Part shown: positions 37,001 to 44,796 of the stretch, one piece after another
How positions within the stretch are numbered: position 1 is the stretch's first letter
Layout: the number at the start of each line of letters is the position of its first letter
DNA from: a virus
Lineage: Duplodnaviria; Caudoviricetes
DNA: 55,413 bases
IMG/VR virus record: IMGVR_UViG_3300034027_000007
Coordinates: 1 to 55,413 of that record
Strand: one strand, 5' to 3'
The notes under the pieces: model-generated
What the model was told of the DNA's origin: nothing
Databases searched by the model: none
The model's input: the letters and a program-made list of their open reading frames with translations, nothing else
Position numbers and translations under genes: made by a program

Positions 37001-37914
37001 ATATGGGGGGCGCTTGGTCTAAAGTCCAGAAAGCCGCCGGAGTAACTAAAAATGCTTTAACAAATTTTGGAACACCTGCCGCCAGTGCCAAAACAGGCAT
37101 TGTATCCACAATCGGAAAAACGGCAGACGGCGCAATCAGGCAAGCGCAAGGGCTGATCGGCAATATGTTTAGCGGCGCTTCAAAGCTGGCATCATCCCCC
37201 GCTAGCAAATTGATCGGCCCTGTGGCTGCTAGTGTCGCCGGGACGGTGGGTGCGGCATCGTTGGCAGGGAATCAATCAGAAGTAACCGCGCCGCCGCCTA
37301 CACCCGCACAAGAGCCGCTTATTGTGCCGCCTACACCCGCAGCAGCAGATTTAAGCCCAACAAACACCATCAGCAAGTTTACCCGCCGCGCCGCCCCCAC
37401 TACTCCGAGCGCTGACTTGGCCGCCACTGCGAGCGCGGTAGAAAAGAATAATATTGTGCCGCTGGTAAGGTCTAGCAACAGCAGCGGGCGAGCTATCTCG
37501 TCAGGATTGGCACAGGGCATAAATGAAAGCCGGCCACAGGCAGAGCTAGCAGCGGCGGGTCTAGCTCAGACGATAAGCGACTATTTACCCAGATCGCCCG
37601 CAGAACGGGGGCCGCTTGCCGATTTGGATCAAACGGGTTTTGGCTTGACTCAAGAATTTCTCAAAGGTATTGACGGCGGGGCGATACAGAGCAAGTTTGA
37701 GGAAGTGTTGAACCCGCCGTCAAAGTTTGAAGGGTTAAGCGTTGACAACAGCAGCGGGGGCGGTAACAATACCGTTACCAATACTTTTGCTCCCCAGTAC
37801 ACAATCTCGACAGGGGACGGTAAAGATTTAATAGCAGAGCTAGAAAAACGCGATCGTCAGTTCTTTGATTTTTTCAAACGCACTCAAGAGCAATTTAGCC
37901 GGGGTCAGTTCTAG
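34006..37914 (+). CDS. Tail tape measure protein (TP901-type core)
   Basis: AIEFESGMAEVRKT, AAINVLGD, AATAIN, LGASF; Ala/Gly-rich; LPRSPAERGPL near the C-terminus. Confidence 0.93.
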   Translation: MAESRVKIFITAIDEASQTFSNVMDSSESMAARLSRTGDTLGELGQLASDFTEPLAKGLKASKNAAIEFESGMAEVRKTTGLGAVQTAELGNEIKKLSRTIPLTTQELTEIGVAAGQSGIAMNDIPAYIKDISKASVALAVDTDKAGLAFGRLANVYGMSTKEIPKLAAAINVLGDSSVASEAEILNVIMRTAALSRQANLTAKDSAALGASFVSLGMAPNVAATAINALLSRMTTAEIQSARFQKGLAMIGMSGQELQNMTSKNGVQAIFALGQAVDKLDPQARAQAIGLMFGAEHSDNVGVFLDRMEVFNSALGSVANDQQNVNRYNEVFATQLDTTESKMQLLTNSFHELAIEIGTALLPGIKAFAAFLTPIINKTTEFAAKHPNIVRLGSALAGLAISIGPLLLGLSALAKAWGFFSAGIPIVAALSNQFLGIGNPISKFLNWLAKGNQRLLGMGDAAQGIKPPEVGELPTVKKCLPICICPEICTGFETKLKSLVEKLDICIPVCICPEDVNKGKIKKPTEKLDTETPTPTPTPEKPVQTQIPVNVETPKPEEKPAEKQNLSLPQIAMLVAALGAAVVAVQKLTDSNASLGEKVVSAATAIGAGIAAKNVLNQEKTEQQNAAEVAAIQQQAAQQLGAAQIANAQELANVQRTNQAAEIATADKIAAGKLLAQQASNQLANQQLAAQLAAQRAGAAVETEKTRAVTAQQVAATAAQAQIMLAARSQMAATDIAAAQAIGAQQVATAQQVGAQQAAAAQQVAAQQVATAQQVAGIQAEAAQKAAAAAEAKAKAEAEAAAAAPPPPPPASSGGGGMLKNALMLGAGALGLGGVAFAVSKVAGGLGGAVGGLFNATKTVAGAVGKVAGGVGKVGGAVGGFVEKGNQISRGVGGVAGGAIGTGIRTFQAGNTAAQGIGQIAGTGIGGAIKSIGAVNGIAKDAGASIGQALGSAIKGTQSLSAAANSAGSGIAGAFSKAGNTIAGSVARVGTVTNSAAANMGGAWSKVQKAAGVTKNALTNFGTPAASAKTGIVSTIGKTADGAIRQAQGLIGNMFSGASKLASSPASKLIGPVAASVAGTVGAASLAGNQSEVTAPPPTPAQEPLIVPPTPAAADLSPTNTISKFTRRAAPTTPSADLAATASAVEKNNIVPLVRSSNSSGRAISSGLAQGINESRPQAELAAAGLAQTISDYLPRSPAERGPLADLDQTGFGLTQEFLKGIDGGAIQSKFEEVLNPPSKFEGLSVDNSSGGGNNTVTNTFAPQYTISTGDGKDLIAELEKRDRQFFDFFKRTQEQFSRGQF

Positions 37915-37934
37915 CAAGATAGGGTAAGATAGGC

Positions 37935-37964
37935 AATAAAAAACCGCCCCTCTCAAGGCGGTTT
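37935..37964. terminator. Intrinsic terminator between convergent genes
   Basis: AAAAAACCGCC-loop-GGCGGTTT. Confidence 0.7.
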
Positions 37965-37981
37965 GCTTATGGCTTATAAGT

Positions 37982-38305
37982 TTAATTTACCATCCAGTCT
38001 GCCAAGTCGGCTAAATGCTGGGGTAGGGTTTGATACTGGCTGCACTCTTTCAGAGGCTCCATCAACCCGCAGGGGTTGGGGTTATTGGGGATGTAAAACT
38101 CGCCGTTTTCAAACTTTACACGATCGACTAAACGACCCTGACCGCACTCCCTCAAAGCTTCAAAAACCAGACACGCCACGGCTTTAGTTGCCTGCGACGG
38201 CAGATCCTTAAAAAACGGATCGTTTTCAGTTTGAAATACTTGCTCGGCTGTCAAGCGGGCCCAGAGTTCGGCGGTGGTTGTGTTGTTAAAAAAATCAGAT
38301 CCCAT
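37982..38305 (-). CDS. Hypothetical protein (107 aa)
   Basis: Preceded by the conserved promoter (38337-38359) and leader motif. Confidence 0.65.
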   Translation of the reverse strand: MGSDFFNNTTTAELWARLTAEQVFQTENDPFFKDLPSQATKAVACLVFEALRECGQGRLVDRVKFENGEFYIPNNPNPCGLMEPLKECSQYQTLPQHLADLADWMVN

Positions 38306-38336
38306 AATGTTTAAGCGGTTAAGGTGGTTTGCTTAC

Positions 38337-38359
38337 TACACTATACCACCCTATCTTAA
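38337..38359 (-). promoter_or_regulatory. Conserved promoter/operator element (copy 4)
   Basis: TACACTATACCACCCTATCTTAA, identical to copies 2 and 3. Confidence 0.75.
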
Positions 38360-38434
38360 ACAGTCTGGAAAGTTTGCAAAAAAAAGACCGCTTGACAGGA
38401 GCGGCTCGGACAAGTGTTTGAGATCGAGAACAGA

Positions 38435-38830
38435 TTATAGCACGTTAAGTTCTAATTGCAACTGCTGGGGGTAGCCTGTGTTTTGGCGCGATCGGCGGCG
38501 TTCTGCCTTCATTGCTAGCTTTAATTTAGCTAGCTCTCGCAAGTGCGGAACCATCGGGCCGATCTGGGGGTAAATGGTGTAATTGACGCCGGGTTTTGAG
38601 CGGCACAGCGTCAGGGCAAAAGTCAAACACCGGGTGCTTATCCGCATTTTGTTTTCGATGACGATATAATCTAAGCCCTCGATGTATTTTGCCTCAACAA
38701 GCTTGCGGGTATAAGCTCGGCTGGAATAATTGCAAACTTTGGTTAATTGCTCTACAGTAAAAGGAAAATCCGGGTAATTCGGATCGGGTGCGATTGGGTT
38801 GCGCGTTGCTGTAATGCGTGTTATATTCAT
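38435..38830 (-). CDS. Hypothetical protein, AntA/KilA-like DNA-binding candidate
   Basis: FPFTVEQL..CNYS..YIEGLDYI, similar to 52481..52831. Confidence 0.55.
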   Translation of the reverse strand: MNITRITATRNPIAPDPNYPDFPFTVEQLTKVCNYSSRAYTRKLVEAKYIEGLDYIVIENKMRISTRCLTFALTLCRSKPGVNYTIYPQIGPMVPHLRELAKLKLAMKAERRRSRQNTGYPQQLQLELNVL

Positions 38831-39116
38831 TTTGTTGATTTGTCGATCGAGAGTACGGTAAAGGCGGGCGAGAGGTCTAAGGCTCTGCCTGTCTTAAACT
38901 AAGATAACATAACCACAAACAATTATCAGGAGGTTAATGCACGGTGAATTAAATCAAACGGATCGGGTATAAGTTTTAACTTGGGCAAGTTGTATCAAAG
39001 CTCGCAGAGATGGGTCACTCACTGCGAGCTTAAAATTTTGATAATATTAGTAAATAAATCAGCCGCTATTTAAGGGCTGATTTGTAGTTATTAAGTTATT
39101 TAGCGAGGGTTAAATC

Positions 39117-39581
39117 ATGTTTGGCTACTATGGGCCGCTAACAATCCACCGCGCTACAACCTCGCGAAAATCGGGATTTTGGCCAGTAGCCGAGGCTGAT
39201 GTCAGTTTGGGCATCCCGTCGCTGCAACTTGTCAGCCGCAAACTTAAGGATTTTGAGCTTGAGTTGAGTCTGGTAGGGCCGACAGCAGACCAAGAGCGGG
39301 ATGCGTGGGAAATGCTCGCAGAGAGCCGCGAGCCGCAACTGTTAACCGTAGCGGGCAAACCTCTGGGATACTGGTTAATAACTGCTAATGTCGAGGAAAT
39401 TATACACGCGATCGACAGCAGTATAGATTATATAAAATTGCGAGTTACATTTAAAGAGCAAGGGGCGTTTTTGTGGGTTGGTAATTATCCCCCATACGAA
39501 CCGCCACCAACAGTCAGAAGGACTGCCGAGGCTGGAGTATCTGGACTTTCTCAGGGTGTATTGAATTGGTTAAAAAAATAG
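39117..39581 (+). CDS. P2 gpU-like tail tube initiator
   Basis: MFGYYG..PSLQLV..ELELSL..EPQLLTVAGKPLGYWLI..VTFKE. Confidence 0.8.
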   Translation: MFGYYGPLTIHRATTSRKSGFWPVAEADVSLGIPSLQLVSRKLKDFELELSLVGPTADQERDAWEMLAESREPQLLTVAGKPLGYWLITANVEEIIHAIDSSIDYIKLRVTFKEQGAFLWVGNYPPYEPPPTVRRTAEAGVSGLSQGVLNWLKK

Positions 39582-39582
39582 A

Positions 39583-39891
39583 ATGGTATACACAATTAAC
39601 ATTATTTACGATCGAGCTTGGCACGTCCCCAGTAACACTTTAAACCCTACAACAGCGGTAATTCCTGCACATTTAATTGCTTTGCGCGGTTGGTCGCTGA
39701 CTGTTTTAATCAACGAGATTTTTTCGGAAGATTTTAAAACAGTTTTTACTAAAAACGAAAACTTGATTCACAATTCACCCTCAGAGGTAATTTTGATAGA
39801 TTCCCGGCTAACCCGCGAGCAAGTGGTAAGGCTTGATATGATGTATAGTGACGAGCCGGATAGAGTAAAATCGGTATTTTTATGCAGGTAA
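39583..39891 (+). CDS. Hypothetical protein (102 aa)
   Basis: Tightly coupled within the baseplate cluster. Confidence 0.55.
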   Translation: MVYTINIIYDRAWHVPSNTLNPTTAVIPAHLIALRGWSLTVLINEIFSEDFKTVFTKNENLIHNSPSEVILIDSRLTREQVVRLDMMYSDEPDRVKSVFLCR

Positions 39892-41048
39892 AAACAGCAC
39901 CGTTTGACCGCTGGGACACGATCGCTCTGAGAGTTTACAATTTACCCGAGCTAGGATGGGCGATCGCTGATGCCAACCCAGAGTTAGCCGATCAGTTGGT
40001 GCTGTCGGCCGGCTTGACTGTTAATATCCCGGATTTAAACGCACTGAGGCGACCGCTTACCGCCGCCAACCCAGCGAGAGAAGATGGCGGCCAATTTCTG
40101 GGACTGCCGCCAGATGTACCCAGAGCGCCGGCCGTGCCTTCGGGCCCGGTCGCAGGTGATTATATACCGATGTCAGCAATTGGCGTTACAGTTGCGCCGT
40201 TAGAAGCCGGCCTTGTCCCGTTAGCGCGGCTACCCGCTTACCCAACACTGACAAGCTTGGGGGCTGTTTCAACAGCAACTTTTAACAGTTCAATAGCTAA
40301 TTTTGTCACCACAACCGCGTTAAATAGCGCAATAGCTAATTTTGTCACTACAACCGCGTTAAATAGCGCAATAGCTAATTTTGTCACTACAACCGCGTTA
40401 AACACTGCGATAGCTAATTTTGTCACCACAACCGCGTTAAATAATACAATTGCTAATTATGTCACTACAAGCACATACAATACAGGTATTTCTAATTTGG
40501 TCACTACAAACACATTTAACACAACTTTGAGCGGGTATGTCACAACAAGTAATTTAAATACTGCATTAAACAACTACATACTCTCTAATCAAATTGGTAC
40601 TACCATACCATCAATGACAAGCGGAAAGGTAAACCCGCAATACTTAGACTATCCAACTTTGACAACTCTAAACGCAGTCAGTAAAGATAGCGTTGATGAG
40701 ACAATTAACGGTAACAAACATTTTACAGGGTTTACCAGACTTGGGGATGATTCTATTAAGAAAAAGACAGTACAAGGCATAACAAACGCCGGACAAGGGC
40801 AACAGGTTAGCGTTACTCACGGCGTCAACGCTACTAAAATTAGGTCGGTTAGCGGCAATATTTTTTACACGGCGTCCGCCTTTCCTTTGGCTGATAATTT
40901 ACCCTCTGTGCCTATTATGGGAAAACAGGCAGGTTTTGCCAGCACTATCAACATCAGCGGAACGTCAATTAATGTTATTAACGATGCGAGCAATTCAGGT
41001 TCGATTCTCAGCAGACCTTTTATACTAACAATTGAATACACATCATAA
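39882..41048 (+). CDS. P2 gpX-like (LysM-type tail X) domain fused to a fibre-like repeat region
   Basis: DRWDTIALRVY..IADANPEL..LSAGLTVNIP; IANFVTTTALNSA repeats; ETINGNKHFTG. Confidence 0.8.
   Translation: MQVKTAPFDRWDTIALRVYNLPELGWAIADANPELADQLVLSAGLTVNIPDLNALRRPLTAANPAREDGGQFLGLPPDVPRAPAVPSGPVAGDYIPMSAIGVTVAPLEAGLVPLARLPAYPTLTSLGAVSTATFNSSIANFVTTTALNSAIANFVTTTALNSAIANFVTTTALNTAIANFVTTTALNNTIANYVTTSTYNTGISNLVTTNTFNTTLSGYVTTSNLNTALNNYILSNQIGTTIPSMTSGKVNPQYLDYPTLTTLNAVSKDSVDETINGNKHFTGFTRLGDDSIKKKTVQGITNAGQGQQVSVTHGVNATKIRSVSGNIFYTASAFPLADNLPSVPIMGKQAGFASTINISGTSINVINDASNSGSILSRPFILTIEYTS
40291..40520 (+). repeat. 39-bp coding tandem repeat (IANFVTTTALNSA): 4 near-perfect plus degenerate copies
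   Basis: Visible in DNA and protein. Confidence 0.9.
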
Positions 41049-42208
41049 TGCTAACAAATAACATATTAAAACCGAGCGTAAAACTTACAATAGAGGAACG
41101 TTACACGATAACAGTAGAGCAAAATAATTCTAATGCCGATGTATTCGATCGAATCTATAACATAGAATCCGACAAAATAGATATTGAATATAACAACGAA
41201 GGCAACAATACCTCAACGCTAAGACTTATAGTTCGATCGTCTCCAAATATTTTTAATAATGAATGGATACCCAAACCATTACAATACATCAAGTGTCAGT
41301 TTTACTATGTGGGTGACAGCGTAACACTCAATGCTGGCAATTTTCAAATAGAATCAGTTAGAGAGCGTATTGGCAACGCTTACGACACGTTAGAGATCCG
41401 GGCGATATCTGTGCCTATTATTGGCAGGATGTACGAAAAAAAGAATCTAAGTTTTAACAATGTTTCGTTGGAAGTATTGCTGAGAGATAAGGCTTTAGGT
41501 TTGAACTTATCGCCAAAGATTCAAGTGCCAGAATTGTTTATAAATGCCAATCAAGTAGAGCAAAGCGATTTAGATTTTTTAAGGACGCTTGCCGAGCAGT
41601 GGGGGTTTAATTTCACCATAGATAACGGCTCGCTAGTGATGGCGGGCGATGCCTATTTTAGAACAGTGCCTGCTATTTTAACTATGAGCAGAAGCGAGTA
41701 TAAAAGTCTCGATTTAGAACACACAGGCTATAACACTTATGCTAGCTGTGATGTTAGTTACAATTGGTTGGGTGAAAACAAAACCCTAAATGTGAAAGAT
41801 TGGGGGGTATTCACTGATAATTTAATTTCTTTGCGTTCTAGCCGCCGATTAGATCACGAGATGAAATTTCCAGTAGTCAGCCCCTACCATGCCGCTTATG
41901 CAGGATTGGAAAAATTGATTAGGGTAAACAACGGACAAATTAAGGGGACGCTAACAGCAATAGGGCGACCCGAATTAGTAGCACTCAACAATATTGAAAT
42001 ACTCGGCAACCGCTTCAACGGCAAGTATCAGATCGAGTCAGCCGTACACAGGTTTAACACTTCTGACGGTTGGCGCTGCGAGTGTAAGATAAGATGGTTG
42101 CCCAAACGCGCCGGCCCTGTACAATTCACCTGGTATGATATGTTAGAGATTGCCAGAGGTTCGATTGTAGGTTTCGGTATTGATATACCCGGAATTCCCG
42201 GAATATAA
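41048..42208 (+). CDS. P2 gpD-like baseplate hub/late control D protein
   Basis: GNFQIE, QVEQSDLDFLRTLAEQWG, GRPELVA, GKYQIESAVHRF..DGW. Confidence 0.88.
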   Translation: MLTNNILKPSVKLTIEERYTITVEQNNSNADVFDRIYNIESDKIDIEYNNEGNNTSTLRLIVRSSPNIFNNEWIPKPLQYIKCQFYYVGDSVTLNAGNFQIESVRERIGNAYDTLEIRAISVPIIGRMYEKKNLSFNNVSLEVLLRDKALGLNLSPKIQVPELFINANQVEQSDLDFLRTLAEQWGFNFTIDNGSLVMAGDAYFRTVPAILTMSRSEYKSLDLEHTGYNTYASCDVSYNWLGENKTLNVKDWGVFTDNLISLRSSRRLDHEMKFPVVSPYHAAYAGLEKLIRVNNGQIKGTLTAIGRPELVALNNIEILGNRFNGKYQIESAVHRFNTSDGWRCECKIRWLPKRAGPVQFTWYDMLEIARGSIVGFGIDIPGIPGI

Positions 42209-42216
42209 GAGGCAAT

Positions 42217-42510
42217 ATGAGCGCGTTTAAATTGGGTCAGATAGGATCTGAAGTAGCCGGAATTGATGACATCTTGCAGCAGTTGCAAGTGCTTTTTATG
42301 ACCGAAAAAGGAAGTTTACCCGGCGATCCTAATTACGGCTTAGCAATCAGTCAATACATACCTTATAGGGATGAATCTAAGCCTTTAATCATAGGTGAAA
42401 TAATGAACGCGATCGGGCGTTACCAATCAAGCATTAGAGTGCAAAAAATCGAGTTTGAAGGCGAGCGAGTGACTGTAAGGATTGAAGGTATAGGCACAAT
42501 AACGATTTAA
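42217..42510 (+). CDS. gpW/gp25-family baseplate wedge protein
   Basis: DDILQQLQVLFMTEKGSLPGDPNYG..AIGRYQ. Confidence 0.88.
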   Translation: MSAFKLGQIGSEVAGIDDILQQLQVLFMTEKGSLPGDPNYGLAISQYIPYRDESKPLIIGEIMNAIGRYQSSIRVQKIEFEGERVTVRIEGIGTITI

Positions 42511-42620
42511 TTCCCGATTTTCCGTTATCTTGTGGTAAGATAAGGTGTGCAGGCAGGGTCGCACGACCGACCCCTCACCAGCCCGCACCGCATACACAAG
42601 TTTAGAGGAAAGCTAAACCC

Positions 42621-43232
42621 ATGTCTGACCATTGTACACCGCAATCGATGCCGAGGACAGTAACGATCGGTACTGCTCAATATTGCGTCAGGGTTCAAGG
42701 CTATAATTTTTTAGCTCAACCCCCGCATTCTAATTTTGTCCTGAAAACCTTTATCGAGGTTGTAAGCAGCGGCAACCATCCCCAACTACTCGGATCGCTG
42801 GCTAGCCTCAGCGACCCAATCCACCCAAACCCAGACTTGCGAAAAATTCCGGTATTTTCTCGGATCGATGCTCAAATGTATCACTCGAAACGAGCCGTTT
42901 ATATTGGGGCTGACGGTTTCCAACAAGCTACAAACGATCTGGCCGCCATCTCTGATTATGCTTTAGCTCAAAGCATAAATTATTACATCATTCAGCACTT
43001 TGAAAGCACTATTCTGCTGCTGTTAAGAATGTATGACTCGCTTAATAAGAAGTGGTACACAGTCAAGCAGATCGACGCCAAAAGGGAGGATTTCAAGGAC
43101 GGCAAACCGCCTTTAACGTACAGATGGGATAATATCTTGTTCGATCAGTCTTCAGTGATTAATGATAGCGGAATTAGTCACATTATCTATGTGCCGAGTG
43201 AAATTAAGTTGAGGCAAAACAATGCTAATTAA
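42621..43232 (+). CDS. Hypothetical protein, paralogue A
   Basis: Similar to 43222..43866 (DP-L--PVF, RAVY-G, KPPL-Y-W, NDSG-SHIIY). Confidence 0.7.
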   Translation: MSDHCTPQSMPRTVTIGTAQYCVRVQGYNFLAQPPHSNFVLKTFIEVVSSGNHPQLLGSLASLSDPIHPNPDLRKIPVFSRIDAQMYHSKRAVYIGADGFQQATNDLAAISDYALAQSINYYIIQHFESTILLLLRMYDSLNKKWYTVKQIDAKREDFKDGKPPLTYRWDNILFDQSSVINDSGISHIIYVPSEIKLRQNNAN

Positions 43233-43866
43233 TGGTCGCATTTATCGGATGATCAGCGGCAATCTTGACGAATATTCTGTGTTTGTTCAATCGTACAGAC
43301 ATTTAAAGGGCGAGCCTTTTTCTGATTCTCGAATCAAACATTTGATTGTAGTGGAGAAAATTAGCCGCACAGGGCCGCACCCGATACGCGATACTTTTAC
43401 AACAACTATCGCAGCACTGCGAGGAATTGTTAATTATAGCGGTCGAGATCCTGAGTTGTCAAATGTGCCAGTTTTTGAATCAGTCGAAAGTCCAAATTAT
43501 TTGGCAACCCGAGCGGTATTTTATGGAGAAACAGGGTTAAAACTGGCTAACGATACACTTTCCAAGTTATCTAAAACTGAATTAGGGGCGGGTGTTTTTT
43601 ACTATTTAGTTTGGAAGTACACAACTGATATTGTGATTGACTTACAAGCTTACAGCCCGATTAGTAACAGTTGGGAAACCATACAGGAAATTGAGGCGAG
43701 TTTGAATTCAGGGTGTTTCGAGAACCATAAACCACCTCTTTTTTATGTTTGGAGCGGCACAACTTTTAAAATCTGTATGCTGCTTGAAAATGACAGCGGA
43801 AACAGCCACATAATCTATAGAGAGGTGCATTGGGAACGCAAACTCGAAAACAGCGAGATAGGGTAA
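43222..43866 (+). CDS. Hypothetical protein, paralogue B
   Basis: Similar to 42621..43232. Confidence 0.7.
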   Translation: MLINGRIYRMISGNLDEYSVFVQSYRHLKGEPFSDSRIKHLIVVEKISRTGPHPIRDTFTTTIAALRGIVNYSGRDPELSNVPVFESVESPNYLATRAVFYGETGLKLANDTLSKLSKTELGAGVFYYLVWKYTTDIVIDLQAYSPISNSWETIQEIEASLNSGCFENHKPPLFYVWSGTTFKICMLLENDSGNSHIIYREVHWERKLENSEIG

Positions 43867-43870
43867 GATA

Positions 43871-44173
43871 ATGTCAAACAACGGACAAGGCAAACCGAAA
43901 GTTTACACGATTAAGGTTGTTGAGATCGACCGAAAAAACAATAAATGGTATACCGTACATACTGACACTATAGAGGCGGTGTCACCCCCTTTGACTTGGA
44001 CTTGGCAGGATCGGGAATACGTTTTAAAGGCAGCAGTTAAGCCCGCTGTTGGGATTATTTGCTATTACCACCGGGAAGGCAGCAGATTTTTTGTGGTCAG
44101 AGATCCGGTGATTTGGTCAGAGATTTCTAAGCTCATAACCATCATGGCAGGGGGTCAAGATGAAGTGCATTAA
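43871..44173 (+). CDS. Hypothetical protein resembling the C-terminal domain of paralogues A and B
   Basis: NKWYTV..IEA..PPLTWTW. Confidence 0.65.
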   Translation: MSNNGQGKPKVYTIKVVEIDRKNNKWYTVHTDTIEAVSPPLTWTWQDREYVLKAAVKPAVGIICYYHREGSRFFVVRDPVIWSEISKLITIMAGGQDEVH

Positions 44174-44732
44174 ATGTCTAGAGCGCTTTGATTTCATCAA
44201 GACAGCCCGAGAAACGGGGGAGCCGCCAGAATGGCAAACTTGCCCTCTGCCGCCGCTGAGAAACTGCGAATCGGACGTAATATCACTTTGGTCTAACTGG
44301 TGCGATTATTGCTTCTGCGACCTACCGCTAAAGGAGCGCTGGCCCAAGTGTACCCCCGCAGATTTAGAGCGAGCGGATCTAATCCTTAACCGAAGGCTTT
44401 ATGAGTTGCGTGACGCCCGGTTAGCAAAGGAAAACCCCAAACCGCAACCGGCCCCAGAGGTCAAGCCACCCGAACCGCAACCAGTGCCAGAAATCAAGCC
44501 GGCCAAGTCGAAAGCCGCACCGCCGCCTAAAGCGAAAGCCGCGCCGCCACCTAAAGCGACTAAGCCCAAATCTAAAGGCAAGAAAGGCACGGCTAACAGC
44601 GCTTTAAAGCCGGGGGAAGTGCCGATCGAGTACCAATTCGCGGGCGAGCTATTCTCGCGGCTGTACGGCGAAAAATCAGCCGCTGAGGGTGATAAACCAG
44701 CAACTGATGGCGAAACTGACATTCCGTTTTAA
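44160..44732 (+). CDS. Hypothetical Cys-rich (zinc-binding?) protein with Pro/Lys-rich tail
   Basis: CIKC, WCDYCFC; ends in DIPF. Confidence 0.65.
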   Translation: MKCIKCLERFDFIKTARETGEPPEWQTCPLPPLRNCESDVISLWSNWCDYCFCDLPLKERWPKCTPADLERADLILNRRLYELRDARLAKENPKPQPAPEVKPPEPQPVPEIKPAKSKAAPPPKAKAAPPPKATKPKSKGKKGTANSALKPGEVPIEYQFAGELFSRLYGEKSAAEGDKPATDGETDIPF

Positions 44733-44744
44733 TTACCAATAAGC

Positions 44745-44780
44745 AATAAAAAACCGCCCCTGCTTGGGCGGTTTTTTATT
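44745..44780. terminator. Bidirectional intrinsic terminator
   Basis: AATAAAAAACCGCCC-loop-GGGCGGTTTTTTATT. Confidence 0.85.
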
Positions 44781-44796
44781 GCTGGTTAGCAATCGA

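Noticed and set aside
34002-37520. Numerous minus-strand ORFs over the tape measure gene
   Set aside because: Antisense artefacts of Ala/Gly-rich coding sequence
6948-40520. Tandem repeats as CRISPR arrays
   Set aside because: No unique spacers, units are in-frame coding repeats, and no cas genes were recognised
29968-42510. Tailocin or extracellular contractile injection system
   Set aside because: Capsid, portal, terminase and a replicon are present, so this is a phage tail module
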